A program made the translations under genes and the position numbers. A stretch of DNA of 64,000 bases. It comes from Eledone cirrhosa. Taxonomy: Eukaryota. How positions within the stretch are numbered: position 1 is the stretch's first letter; every line of letters begins with the position of its first letter. The stretch lies in assembly GCA_964016885.1 (NCBI GenBank), contig OZ024743.1, positions 202,430,001-202,494,000 on the forward strand, in the 5' to 3' direction. Of the stretch, positions 1 to 12,982 are shown one piece after another. The notes beneath the pieces were generated by a model. That model saw only the letters and a list, made by a program, of their open reading frames with translations. It was not told where the DNA came from and did no database searches.

Positions 1-698
1 TTACTCGTATTAATTTTCCCCAAATGAGGATCAGACTCACGGGTATGCCGTGCCATATTTGGTCTTTTTCTTCCAAAATACAACACGTATATGCAAGAAA
101 TTATTTGATTACACCTTAATCATTGTATGATTTACATTTAATGAATCTTTGACATTAGGATAATTCTTAAACACTGTGATTATACCAGCATTGCAGAAGT
201 CTTTTGTAATGGTGAAATGTTAAGTGATTTTACGATAAAAATGTAGATAGCCACATAAAAAATTTACCGCCTTTCTAACAATAATTTTTATAGTTATTTA
301 TTCAATTTAATTATTTCATTATTTTATAAAATTTCTATAATCTTGTAGACTTTTATAGCATATGCAACGGTGTATTTGTGATCCTATAGAATACGAAGGA
401 GTATCGTTATACGAATGAATCTTAAGGCAGAGTTGAGTTTTTTGATAATTTTATTTATTTCTATTATACTTCATTAGGTGAGCATTTTGAATTTAAGTCT
501 AAATTACACAAGATATGTTATAAAGTGGTTGATTTGGTTTAACTTGAGACGTAAGTCCCTTATAGATTATGTCCGATATGTCTCACTTTCAACTATATAA
601 ACAACTTCAGCATTTTTCTTGCGTAACTTCTTCAGCTGAAGCTATGATTGCGTACCAACAACGCGATGCCATTGTGGAAATGCTCATAACAGAAATAT

Positions 699-740
699 AA
701 AAGTGTTTAATTACCGACCGGTCGGTGATTAAACACTTTT
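699..740. repeat. 42-bp near-perfect palindrome with no spacer
   Basis: AAAAGTGTTTAATTACCGACC|GGTCGGTGATTAAACACTTTT, with one G-T mismatch. Confidence 0.9.
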
Positions 741-1010
741 TAATTTTTTGTATATAATTGATCCAGGCGATCTCTCTACAATTGTATTGCAAAGGATATC
801 TTTAGAGAATGAAACATGTGTAGATCAAATAAATAATGTGAACTACGAAAAAGGACGATATTCGTTTACGTAATGTATGTTTATAATATATAATTCTACA
901 ACTGATTATACAACTCTCTCTTCACTTGTTGTCTATTATACAACACACACGCATACAAACACACATATATATATAAAGAGAGAAAGAGTATATATATATA
1001 TATATATATC

Positions 1011-1048
<38 letters not shown>

Positions 1049-1183
1049 TACACACACGCATAAATGCATTCAGATATATTTATATAACTATATATACACA
1101 CATACATACATACATACATTTATACACATATACACATATACATACAAACATGCATTCATTTATACATACATACATACATAATA

Positions 1184-1297
1184 GCTGACCCCTCGTTTTC
1201 GAGTATGGCCATAAATAATATCCCAATCTCGTGCGGGGAATCGAACCCAGGCCACCTGGGTAAAAGCCAGGAATCTTAACCACTAAACCGAATGGGA
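1184..1297 (-). mobile_element. Minimal SINE or tRNA pseudogene: tRNA-Glu-like head fused to an RTE-type 3' tail, followed by (TATG)n
   Basis: The minus strand reads TCCCATTCGGTTTAGTGGTTAAGATTCCTGGCTTTTACCCAGGTGGCCTGGGTTCGATTCCCCG. It has A and B boxes, anticodon stem CCTGG/CCAGG and anticodon TTT instead of TTC. It continues as GCACGAG...ATGGCCATACTCGAAAACGAGGGG, which matches the tail of the 1359-1710 element. Confidence 0.75.
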
Positions 1298-1358
1298 CTA
1301 CATACACACACACATACATACATACATACATACATACATACATACATACATACATACA

Positions 1359-1710
1359 TGGCGGCTACCCCCTCGTTATCGAGTATGGCCATTGCACGAT
1401 ATCCCATTATTAATAATTATTAATTAATTCTATCGTGCAATGCCTGTGCGTGAAGATATTTTTTAAAGCGAGGAAAGACTGTGCACTGAGCCAATCCCAC
1501 TCTCTAAGCAACAGTAGCTATAACCCGAAAAAAAGAACTGATCAACATCATCGGTAACTACTGAGGCACAGGTTCTATATCGGAGTTATCCAAGTTTCCT
1601 GAGTTGCCTTTTCGTAGAAGAATGCCCTGACAAAGGCTAGGCGTCTTTCACTCCCAGTGGTTTAACCGCGCGATCGGGTGTCTAGCCGACTATTTCTATG
1701 TCCCCGCCAA
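1359..1710 (-). mobile_element. 3' part of an RTE-tailed non-LTR element (SINE or LINE UTR) ending in (TATG)n
   Basis: Homologous to 5633-5888. The 3' end CATACTCGATAACGAGGGGGTAGCCGCC(ATGT)n resembles RTE 3' ends. Internal hairpin CATTGCACGATA/TATCGTGCAATG. Confidence 0.65.
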
Positions 1711-1789
1711 TATACATACACATGCACCCATGTATATTCCCATATACATATACATACAAATGTACATGTGTATATACATATTTACACAC

Positions 1790-1930
1790 TTGTGGATGGC
1801 CGTTGACTCTCACGAGTTCTTCCGCCCTTTGTCTGGTTTTGTTTTTTGTCTTCCAGGGTGTCCAAAATCACCCTCCTCACCAAGTAAACTTGGTGGGGTG
1901 GCCGGTTTAGTCGCCGACGACCCGACCATA
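1790..1930 (-). mobile_element. Fragment of the same (CATA)n-associated family
   Basis: Homologous to 5365-5500 (GGATGGCC...TTTAGTCGCC..CGACCCGACCAT). Confidence 0.65.
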
Positions 1931-1972
1931 CATACATACATACATACATACATACATACATACATACATACA

Positions 1973-2003
<31 letters not shown>

Positions 2004-3303
2004 GCACATAGATACATACATACGCAGTCAATGTACCGCATTCCACGTATAATCTTTCAAATCTCACATACGTACGGCAACTCAAACAGAATTAAATAGC
2101 ACAGCGTTTTCGTATGTTTTCTTTCTTTTTTTGGCTTTTTCGCCTTTAATTTTCTATTATTACCCTGATTAGGTGCACATTGTCAAGTTGGGTGTACCTC
2201 ACCTGGTAGTCATTTCTCATCAGGTGTTTATACCTTACCTGGTATGTGTACCACCACAGGTAGTTTACAATTCAAAACCTTCACAAGAAAGATGTCGAAA
2301 AATATATTCTGTCTCAACATACATGATGAACATTCATGATTCTCCACAAATATCTTTATATGTAACTACTGTATTCTTTATTCCAAATAATCTTCTATCT
2401 TCCTTTTTATTCTTTACAATTTTTAATATCCCTATTCATTATAACACATTTATATACATTTCGTCCCATGAAAAACTCATTATCTTAACATTAGTATCTC
2501 TAAATGTCTATCATTTTAATACGTTTCCTAACTTTTAAAAATAGGTATCTAGAACGTTCCTGGCGAACATCTCGTGTTTGTTTCTATATTATATTTCAAA
2601 CCTTACTTTACATCATAACTCTATGTATTCTTATATTCCAGCATCGTTCAGCGAGTCTGTTGGTTTCTTGTGAAAAAATAGCATTTACTTAGAATTAATA
2701 TGATTGAAGGTATTGTTGGCTGCTATTTCTTGCAAGACAAGCTACCACGTAGGAGCTCGATTGTGGGTTGGTGAACGTATTAATTTTTGTTTATATTTGA
2801 CAACATAGAAAGACCATACAATTAATCAAATTGTTGTGGAATTCTGAATATGATGGTTTTGTTAAGAACTAATGATTTTTTCTCTGTGGTGTTTCGTGCT
2901 CTTTGCAGTTTAAAGCATTTCAACAGCCTACTTTTGTAAATGCTTAGTCAATCAGCGGGGATTTGGTGAGATTGTAAGTCTGATGGAGTAGTTTCATAGT
3001 AGTTTCTATTAAATAGTATATAACTGTCATGTTTACAAAGAAATTTATATTTGACATTAGTTATCTAATGTTACATATAGGATTCTGTGGTTTTATGTTG
3101 CTGATGAAGTTTTTAAATCTAATGTTTGTGTAAAGAATACTTTCTATTGATGGTAGAGAAATTCTAGAAACGTCGATCGATTGAAGGACTTTATTATATG
3201 AAACTAAGCATAAATGACTAATATGGGAATATAACATTTCTAAATAAATATCATATGAAACTTAACAGAGAATATGATATATATATACACATATATGCTA
3301 TAT

Positions 3304-3360
<57 letters not shown>

Positions 3361-4044
3361 TGTTTATTTACGAACATAATATTTAAAGAAGTCTCTTTTC
3401 ATTATACTCACCGATTTTACATTTATGCGTAAATAACTAGCTCTTATAATCAGGTAAAATCATGTTCAATCTGGCCTATTCTATTTTATCGATACTTTTT
3501 ATCGAACAAATCACGTGATGTATTACTTGAAATCTTCAATATTATTATTTTGGGAAAAAAATAAAATGTTAGTTTTATGCTGTCTTCTAATTATTTTAGT
3601 TGTTATATGCTGGAGTTATTTTTCTATTTGATCGTTTGTGTTTCGTGATATCAGCTAAATTAAGTGAAGCAATAAGAATGGTTACTGCCATTATGTGTGG
3701 AGCACATCAGGTTTTTTTCGTCTTTGTTGTGTTGTTTTGTAAGAAAAAGAATCAATATTATAGTTGTATATTTATTGCTGCTGTTGTTGTTAGATATTAT
3801 CCACACAGGTTTGGCTCAGTTTGTACCGACAGACCTAATATCAATGTGTTATAGTTGTGACCATCCTGAAATATGTTCTGGCATAGTTTGTCTAGAATCA
3901 CATTAGCCTATCGTCTATGTTTAAAAATAAAAATAAACAAAGTATCTCTGAATTTCAGAGATAACTGTCTAATACTTCGAAAAACGTAGACGAATACACA
4001 TACATGCTTGTCTTCTAATTAACTCGAAGACCATAGTCTGTTGA

Positions 4045-4219
4045 TATTATTGGTAGAGGGTCGGACGCTATGGTTTCCAGCAAAGAGTTACGTCCCTTTA
4101 TGGTCTGAGTTCAAATCCCGCCGAGGTTAACTTTGCCTTTCATCCTTACGAGGTCGATAAAATATAGTACCAGTATTGTACCGGTGATTTGCTGGCCTTG
4201 TGTCAAAAGTAGAAACATT
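4045..4219 (+). mobile_element. tRNA-derived SINE with a Meta-like central domain
   Basis: B-box-like GAGTTCAAATCCC followed by GCCGAGGTTAACTTTGCCTTTCATCCTTACGAGGTCGATAAAAT..GTACCAG. At least 8 copies occur in the window. Confidence 0.8.
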
Positions 4220-4430
4220 TATTTTTGCTGCTGTATTTATGTTGTTTTGGAGGATATTAGAATTTTCAAACATTGTCTACATTTTAGAGACTAAATTGGG
4301 AGTAAATCTTAGAGGCCCCATTTGGGGTATTTTAAATCTGGCAGAGGCTATTCCTTTCCAGGGCAGAATACAACCGAATACTTACAGCGAAAGTAGAAAG
4401 AGAGCGAGAAAGTGAAAGAATAGAGTGATA

Positions 4431-4495
<65 letters not shown>

Positions 4496-4947
4496 TGTGA
4501 GTGCAAGTGTGATAAGGAATATGAGTCAACGACAGAAATGGAATTTATTGATCTCAGAACGATGAAAAGCAAAGGTAACCTCGACGAGATTTCATCTCAG
4601 CGCAGAGGTCCAAAAGAAATACGGAAGTATTTTTAATCAAGCGCCCTACTTGATTTGCCAATTTGTCCCCACACATTATGACTCCATATATTGGCTGTTA
4701 TGATTTTATAATGTATTTTGATGGTGTTTATTCAGATAATCTCGAGTGGGTATTAAAGGATTTATTAAATATTAGACATTGATGCAATAATAGGCGTGTG
4801 GATATGACCTTAAGTCAAGTACATCATGATTCCAGGTTCTATTCTATTGTGCAAACATTCTCTACTCGAGGTTAGACCTGAACAATCTCTCCTGAGTAAA
4901 TTTTGAGTGCAAAATCTATTTAGATGGCTGCTGTATGTATACAAACA

Positions 4948-5569
4948 TGGTGGCTGCCAACTCGTTTTCGAGTACGGCGACTACTTTATATCCATGTAGG
5001 AGAACCCCTACCGATGCGCTGAAAGAGTGTGACTTTTTAGTCCAGCCAGCGACTTGAAAACTCTGGTACAAACACTACACCTGTGACAATTATTGACACA
5101 TAGTGCTGGGACCATGGTACCATGTGACGACAAGTGCAGAGAGATCTCCAGATATAAAGCAATGCCTGTGCCGTGAAGCTTTTATAGTGAGCAAAGGCAC
5201 TGCACAAAGCCAGTCCCACTCTCTTAACCAAGATGATATTTACCAAAAAGAAGAACAAGTCAACATCATTGGATACCATCAGGGTTGCAGGTGTTATATC
5301 AGAGTTTTCCTTCTCCTAGAATTCTGCTTTGACAAAGGCTAAGGGGTCATCTCGCCCGGTGATTTTGGATGGCCATTGACTCTTAAGAGCTCCTTTTCCC
5401 TTTGACAGGTTTTGTTTTTAGTCCTGCAGGATGTCCAAAGTCACCCTACTCATCAAGAAACCTTGGTGGGGTTGCCAGTTTAGTCGCCAACGACCCGACC
5501 ATGGGACAGGTTATACTGGGATACATGTTACCAGTAGCACCAACTGGTGACCTGACATACATACATACA

Positions 5570-5603
<34 letters not shown>

Positions 5604-5888
5604 CATACATAGAAACATACATGCATACATGATGATGGCTGCCCCCTCGTTATAGAGTGTGGCCATTGCACGATATAAGATTATTAATAATTATCAATTA
5701 AGCTATCGTGCAATGCCTGCGCGTGAAGATTATTTTTAAAGTGAGGAAAACTGTGCACTGAGCCAATCCCTCTCTCTGAGCGACAGTAGCTATAACCCGA
5801 AAAGAAGAAAATATCAACATCATCGGTAACTACTGAGCCGCAGGTTTTATGTCGGAACTATCCCAGTTTCCTGAGTTGCCTTCTCCTA
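4948..5888 (-). mobile_element. Nested cluster of RTE-tailed (CATA)n-associated elements (4948-5345 diverged copy; 5365-5555; 5633-5888)
   Basis: Segments align by eye with 1359-1710 and 1790-1930 and are separated by (CATA)n tracts. Confidence 0.65.
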
Positions 5889-6907
5889 CATACATACAAA
5901 CATACATACATACAGAGACACTCAGACACATACATAATGACATATCTATATATCTATGTATATATATGTGCGTGTGTGTATGTGTGCGCTTGTGTTTGTG
6001 TGTGTGTATGTGAGTGAGTGTGCTGTGTGTGTGTGTGTGTGTGGGTGGGTGTGTGTCTGTGCGTGTGTGTGTGTGGATGGGTGTGTGTCTGTGTGTGTGT
6101 GTGTGTGTATATATGTGTGTATGTGTGTGTGTGTGTCCAGCCTGAACTTTCAAAACATGAAATAGAAATAGGTATAAGAAATTCTCAAACAAAAACAGCC
6201 CGAAATGTGATTTTGTTCTTTTCCTCTTCTTTGATGTTATGACTTTTGTTATCTACATACCTTTACGAGTAGCGATGATGTCTGTTAACTATTAATATAT
6301 ATTTTCTCCTTCAATAAAAAGTATATGTGCTATAACCCTATGATCCCCATATCTTATATTTCCTTAAATGCTCCCATTATTCCTAATTTCGTTGAATTGT
6401 CAGATAGTAGTGTACTTTACTTTTTTAATCCTCTGTAAAATCCCAGAAAGCACGTTTTATTACACTGGATCATTTCAATAGTTGTATATTTCTCTTAGGC
6501 ATTTAAGGTTTTGATAGCTATTGATAAAATGTCTTTCTACTTTCTAAATTTATTGCATTTGTTAAATTTTTTATAGTCCAAATTAAACCCTGATTGATAC
6601 TTCTGAGATTTCCATACGCTATCTTATATAACTTTGCGATTGCATCTCATTTTCTTTAACACGATTTATTTTATGCTTTTTCCCCTCTACATATAAAATT
6701 TCAAAGGCATTTTGGTCGTTTTAATTTTCTATTTTCGTTTTTGACTATTTTCTTTCAACAAAAGCAATACCATGAAATGCAAATAAGATTATTACTGGGG
6801 TTGTTACGTTAAGTAGATTATATCGGTAGAAATATAATGACTTTCATTACATTAGAAATCGCATTTACATATATATATATATATATATTTCTACATAAAA
6901 TGCAATA

Positions 6908-7033
<126 letters not shown>

Positions 7034-8254
7034 GTAGTTATATCTTATCGCATTTTCTTTTTAACGATGAATAATATCTCGCTCGTGTGTGGTTTATTTT
7101 CAATTGCATAACATTTTATTTGTTCATGATTACATTTCTATTATTCTAGCTTTTAAGTGATTACATCTTATTGTAATTCATTTAGAGTCTTGTCTTTGGT
7201 TTTCGTTTTTTTCATATTTATCGCTACTCGATTAATCTACTGCGTTTTTGTATTTAAATATCTATTATGTAAGATATGTTCGATTATCTTATGTTGTTGA
7301 CCGCAATTGAAGTTAATGTCGACATTTTTACGCTATATGCGGTATGTTCGTGATATGATGTATTCAAAAAGAATTAAATTCGTATAAGCTTTATATTAGT
7401 TTCTCAATATTTGACCAAATAAATATATATTTAGTATTGACTAATTCTAAATATGGTACGATATTTGTAGCAGAGATGTCTATAATAATTTCTGAGATCT
7501 AGTGGTGAAATATCTGATTGCAATGTTACACACAGCCAAGCTAGCTTTAGAGCTGCCTCATATAATGATAAATTAATTCTCGTGTGGTATATCTACCAGC
7601 TTTCAACGTTGTACAGCTATCGTGTAGGATAACGGACCAAGATTAAGCAACCAGTCATTTATACGTCGAATCATGTCAGGTTGACTATATGAAGGCTTGA
7701 TTCTATAGATTCGTATATTAATTCATAGAAGATCTATGCAGGATTAGTGCATTTATTCGAGTAAGTGATACACTGACTGCTTTAGCTCTGCCAGTATGCA
7801 CAATTTAAATCAATTAATGGAAAAAAAAATTCCTCTTTTCATATCAATTGAGCAAAGTTTTTCTGTTGCCGAGCTAGATTATAAAAAGTGTGAATCCTGT
7901 CATTTAAATGTACTTCGCATCCATACGTTGAACGTTCTTTAACTGTACTCTGTATTTAAATTTTATTGCTATAACTTCTTAATGATGCTAATTATTTCGA
8001 AACATTAAGATGATGTAGCTTTCAGAATATCTACTACAATTAATGCAAATTACAGGAGAAATTGGCCACAGGAATACCTAAATACTTCACTTTATCCCCA
8101 GTCAAGCAAACATGTTTTACTGCCAACACTATTTATTTTTAAACCATCATAATAAGTTAAATGTCTATCATTGGGTTTCTTGATTAGCATCGGCGTCGCT
8201 GGCAGTGAAGGTTGAATGGTGGAGAATTTTATGATCTGATGACATTTGGTGCAT

Positions 8255-8462
8255 TGGCAGTATCGGTAGAAGGTCGGACGCCATGCTTTGCAGCATAGAG
8301 TTACGGCCATTTATGATCTGAGTTCAAATTCCGTCGAAGTTAACTTTGCCTTTCATACTTACGGGGTCAATAAATAAAGTACCAGTAATGCATTGGAGTC
8401 AATTTAATCGACTTTCCCCTCCCAAAACATTGCTGACCTTGTGCCTAAATCAGAAATCATTA
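8255..8462 (+). mobile_element. tRNA/Meta-like SINE copy
   Basis: GGCAGTATCGGTAG...GAGTTCAAATTCCGTCGAAGTTAACTTTGCCTTTCAT. Confidence 0.8.
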
Positions 8463-9649
8463 TATTAAAGAGAGCTGTTTCGAAACATTGTGAATAATAG
8501 CGACCCTAGTATCACTATATATCACCACTACACTTCATCAGCTACATGAACAACGTCTCAACATTCCTATACAAAACTGCACCATCATCAGTACAGTCAA
8601 CTACCAAACTACACTAATATCATGAACATCATATTCTACTACTACATTACACTAACATCTGTATATTCCACCTCCAATATCTCCCACCATCATCACCACC
8701 ACTCTACTTCGCTAACAGAGACATCATTACATTCCATCAACACTTCCAATAAAAATGACACCACAAAAAGTACCACCACATTACAACAATGACTCTAGTA
8801 ATAAGATTTACCATTACACTACAACATTAGCATCATCATGTTTCATTTGAACTGAGAGTGGCAACATTTTTCTAACGAAATGATGTAAATTAATATTCGT
8901 TCTGAAATTATTCTACACAACTATATTTGGATAAACCAGGTAGTTTAAATTTTAAATGCTAACACGAAAAACGTTATGCCCAAACGTAGTAGGAATACAA
9001 TGGCTTCGAAATGTTTAATCTACTGAAATGGCGTAATATTTGACAATGAAGCATGTCTTCCTATATGTATAACAGAACCAAAAGTCATGCAAGAATCTCC
9101 AATTGCAGCAACGTCTACCATGTGGATCCACAATTTCTAATTTTTAATCGATTTGTTACTTATTATGTGCTAAACAGACCGTGACAAATTGTCTTGCTTG
9201 TAGTGAAAAGCATTTCTGAGCTAATGGTAACTCTGATTTCATTATTACAACGATAACGAGGGATGAGTTGGATGATTTAGGATGAATTATGAAACAATCC
9301 AAAATATTTGGTTTGTGTATACAAAATTGATCCCTTTAATAGATTAAATAAATAAGTAAAACAATTTCATAAATCCCTTTCTAGATCGTGTCGGATTGCA
9401 GAAAATGTACGTATAGTAGCATGATCATGGCGATTTAGCGGAAATTATTAGTCGATACTCTTTATTTTTACTCGAGGTCCCATCTGAAGCAAAACTAGTA
9501 TGATATTACTTCTTGTTTAATTACTCTTTCAACGTCACATTTATAAATATGAATTGGATAGTCTTATTTTATTGTAGGAGATAAATACACATTTATGTTT
9601 CGTGATTATATTGATGCCGTATAATGCAAGAAAATTTAGCTTAACCAGT

Positions 9650-10050
9650 TCAGACTTTGTGTCATTTGTAAGTAATTTTGACTATGCACCTGCGTCTTCG
9701 GCATCACAAGGATTTAAGTGTTTAATAGATTGCATCTTAGTATTGGTAGCTGCCTATAACAGTTGTAAATCTTCGTCATAAATTTTTGTGTTTAAGGTAA
9801 TACGTCCAGAATCACCAACAATATTACACCATGTGACTTTGTATGTTTTTTATGGGTATCTCCTTCTGTAACGCTTTAATATTTACAGACACACAATGCA
9901 ATTTCTATTTCAGTTATGTTACTGAAGTAAGAAGTTTACTATCCAATCACACACTCCTGAGCTCTAACCCTCTATTTGTCCCAATAAATAGCTATTTCTC
10001 CAAAATTACTCATTTATTCAGATATATGCTGTACATTTACATAATTATAA
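9650..10050 (-). pseudogene. Highly eroded LINE reverse transcriptase fragment (L2/CR1-like)
   Basis: Minus-strand remnants DWIVNFLTS and IYDEDLQL resemble WIxSFLxxR and YADDTQL, in the expected order. Confidence 0.4.
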
Positions 10051-10199
10051 CCTCGAAATATATTATTTAAATATTAGTCTTTTCTTCAATAACTGTTAGG
10101 TATAAGTAGTTAAAAAATAGGTTTCTTTTATGGGAACTATTCATTTATTCCGTTTATTCCGCATGTGTATGTATTGACGATATCTTTTAAACTCAAGGC

Positions 10200-10620
10200 T
10201 AGCTATTTAGTGAGGATGGGAGTAGATACAAGTCGTTGACATCGATTAAATGCTTGACTGGCACCTTATTTCATCTACACCGGAAAAAAGAATGGCATAA
10301 TTGAACTCGGCGACAATTGAATACCGAGCGCGAAGAACCGAAATATTACTCCGACTCTCTAAGAGTTCTGCCAGTTCACCGCCCTTCATATATATATATA
10401 TATTGATAATGGTTTCTGATATAGGCACAAGGCCAACAAATTTGGGGAGGGGAAAGCCGATTAAATCGAATCCTGTGCATTACTGGTAATTTATTTTATG
10501 GACTCCGTAAGGATGAAAAGCAAAGCTAACCGCAGCGGGATTTTAAATCAGAACGTAAAGAGCCGTAACTCTATGCCACGAAGCATGTTCTCCGACGCTC
10601 TACCGATGCTGCACATTAAC
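10200..10620 (-). mobile_element. Two adjacent diverged tRNA/Meta-like SINE copies
   Basis: Reverse-complement motifs GGATGAAAAGCAAAGCTAACCGCAGCGGGATTT and CTCTAAGAGTTCTGCCAGTTCACCGCC. Confidence 0.65.
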
Positions 10621-11132
10621 CACCCTTAGGTATGTATTAATAGAATATGGAACAAAATAAGCGAGTGTATAGAACACTATAATTATAACACTGTATAATA
10701 ACAACTGTAGTTTTACCATATGGTATTTGCTACTTCAACACACCTATAGTTCTTTCCTTCACATATTTTACACTTATCTTATTGTGTATTCTATATTGTA
10801 TTTCATGAATACAAAAGGAATCACAGCGCATTTGTTTTACTATTTTTCAGTCTTGAGACAATCGTGTCAGTTAGGTGACCTTCACTATCTTTACGTTGCT
10901 TTCTTCTTTCTTTCGACACAATACATTTTCTTTCATCCTATATTTCTCACCAACTATATTTCTCTCTTTATACATTTTCTCTTCAGTATTTTGTAATGTA
11001 TGTTTTACTTCATGTATTTCTCTTCCTCTACATTATATAGTAAACACCTCAATATTCATGTGTATATACAAATGTGTTTGTTGAAGAAAGACATTCACCA
11101 TATGATAATCACATCATATACACACGCACACG

Positions 11133-11198
<66 letters not shown>

Positions 11199-11415
11199 AA
11201 GGTATATTACTAGGAAAAACAAACGACTAAGCAAGAAGTAAAGGTAAGAGGAGAGAGATTTATTTAGAGTCCGTTTATTAAAATATGTTTTAATACAATA
11301 TCAGTCTACAAGCGGTAATTGCATATTTTTATACACAATTGCAAGCATTACATAAAATATTGCACTTCATCATAGTTGAATGTGAGGTCGGTGCATCTTT
11401 CAGTCCCACCATACC

Positions 11416-12651
11416 ATGAACAAGTTAGCTATGTTGTTCATGGTATGGTGGGACAGTAGACTTAAACTAAAACTTAATGAACAATTAGAAGACAGCTTAA
11501 CCCTGATAATGTACTCCCGCTACGTAGATGATATAAACATCGTAGTTAAGACACCCCCACTAAAGAACAGTCAGGAACCAGAGAAAAACACAATGGAAAG
11601 CATCCAGCAAATAGCAAACTCCATCCACCAGAGCATTAGAGTTACTATAGACTACCCAAGTAGACACCCCAACCATCGATTACCTGTACTAGACACAGAG
11701 CTCTGGTTAGATACTATTAACAACCAAAAACAAATCCTCCATTCCCATTATGCCAAACCCATGACTTCCAAACATCTGATCCACCGAAACTCGGCCATTT
11801 CGGACCATACCAAAATCAACATACTGATTGCGGATTTGGTACGGGTGATGAGAAATGTGTCCCGCATGTGCAACCCCGAAGAACTAGAGAGACACATACA
11901 ACACTTCATCCACCGTATGCAGTTCTCTGGCTACAATCAGAGAGATAGAATCAGAGTGTATAAAGGAGCCAGAACCAAATGGGAAAAAATGGTAAATAAT
12001 GACATAAATGGGACCTGCCCCTTGTATAGGAGCAAATTTTGGAATAGAATAGAAAGAACTAAGAACAAGGCCAATAGAATAAACTCATGGTATGATAGCA
12101 ATAAATACCAGAGTGTAATGTTCATCAATACAACCCCTAGAGGCGAACTAGCCTACAAATTTAGAAGAGCCCTAAAGAAACATAATCTCAATATTAAGAT
12201 AGTAGAAAGACCTGGTACCTCCGTAAAAACACTTATTAGCAAGACATACCCGTTCCAAAGACCCTCATGTATAGATAAGAAATGTATAACCTGTAAAATA
12301 AGCCCCCATATTAACTGTAAAACTAGAAATGTAGTATATAGCATAAGATGTACTGAAGGACAATGTAGAAACAAAAATATAGTGTACATAGGTGAGACAG
12401 CTCGTAGTATAGGGGAACGAATAAATGAACACTGGCGAGACCTCCAAGATAGTAAAGAATCATCTGTGCTCTACCAACATGCTAAGATAGAACACAGGGG
12501 TAAATTAGAGAGCATAGAAATAAAAATAGAATCCACACACAAGAAAGACGCAATGTTTAGGAAAATTACAGAGGCAGTAAGCATAAAAGAATTAAAACCA
12601 AAATTAAATAGAAAATATGAGTGGAACAGCAACATCACAACTTACAATTAA
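11416..12651 (+). CDS. PLE protein C-terminal part: RT (RYVDD, thumb), Cys-rich linker, GIY-YIG endonuclease
   Basis: Motifs YSRYVDD, LPVLD, CIDKKCITC...NCKTRNVVYSIRC...YIGETARSIGERINEH...EAVSI...PKLN. The ATG at 11416 lies in the inverted hairpin arm, so it is not the native start. Confidence 0.9.
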   Translation: MNKLAMLFMVWWDSRLKLKLNEQLEDSLTLIMYSRYVDDINIVVKTPPLKNSQEPEKNTMESIQQIANSIHQSIRVTIDYPSRHPNHRLPVLDTELWLDTINNQKQILHSHYAKPMTSKHLIHRNSAISDHTKINILIADLVRVMRNVSRMCNPEELERHIQHFIHRMQFSGYNQRDRIRVYKGARTKWEKMVNNDINGTCPLYRSKFWNRIERTKNKANRINSWYDSNKYQSVMFINTTPRGELAYKFRRALKKHNLNIKIVERPGTSVKTLISKTYPFQRPSCIDKKCITCKISPHINCKTRNVVYSIRCTEGQCRNKNIVYIGETARSIGERINEHWRDLQDSKESSVLYQHAKIEHRGKLESIEIKIESTHKKDAMFRKITEAVSIKELKPKLNRKYEWNSNITTYN

Positions 12652-12937
12652 GGACAAAATGAAAACACACACACACATAGAACAAACAACTTACAATTGA
12701 AAACACACACAAAATGAAAACACACACAAGACAAAATGAAAACACACACACACATAGAACAAACAACCAACCAACAACAAATAAATAAATAAACAAACAA
12801 ATATAAATAGAAAAATAGAAAAATGAACACAAACACACACAGACACCCGGATGTGGCGCATGCGCAAACTGAACACGCAAACAAAATGGCGTAGGATAGA
12901 AGAAAGGAAAGGCACAGAAACGAAGAAAGAAATCCCC

Positions 12938-12982
12938 AGTCACTGAAGAGGTCACAGAGTGTGTGACGAAAGAACTATGACT
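12938..12982 (+). ncRNA. Minimal type I hammerhead ribozyme
   Basis: AGTCA-CTGAAGA-G-GTCACA(GAGTG)TGTGAC-GAAA-GAAC-TA-TGACT; stems I and II pair. Confidence 0.8.

Noticed and set aside
1221-1297. Functional tRNA-Lys(TTT) or tRNA-Glu gene
   Set aside because: The body is Glu-like with an altered anticodon and a disrupted acceptor stem fused to a retroposon tail.
3095-3185. Hammerhead at CTGATGA...GAAACGTC
   Set aside because: Stems I and II pair poorly; at best a very old remnant.
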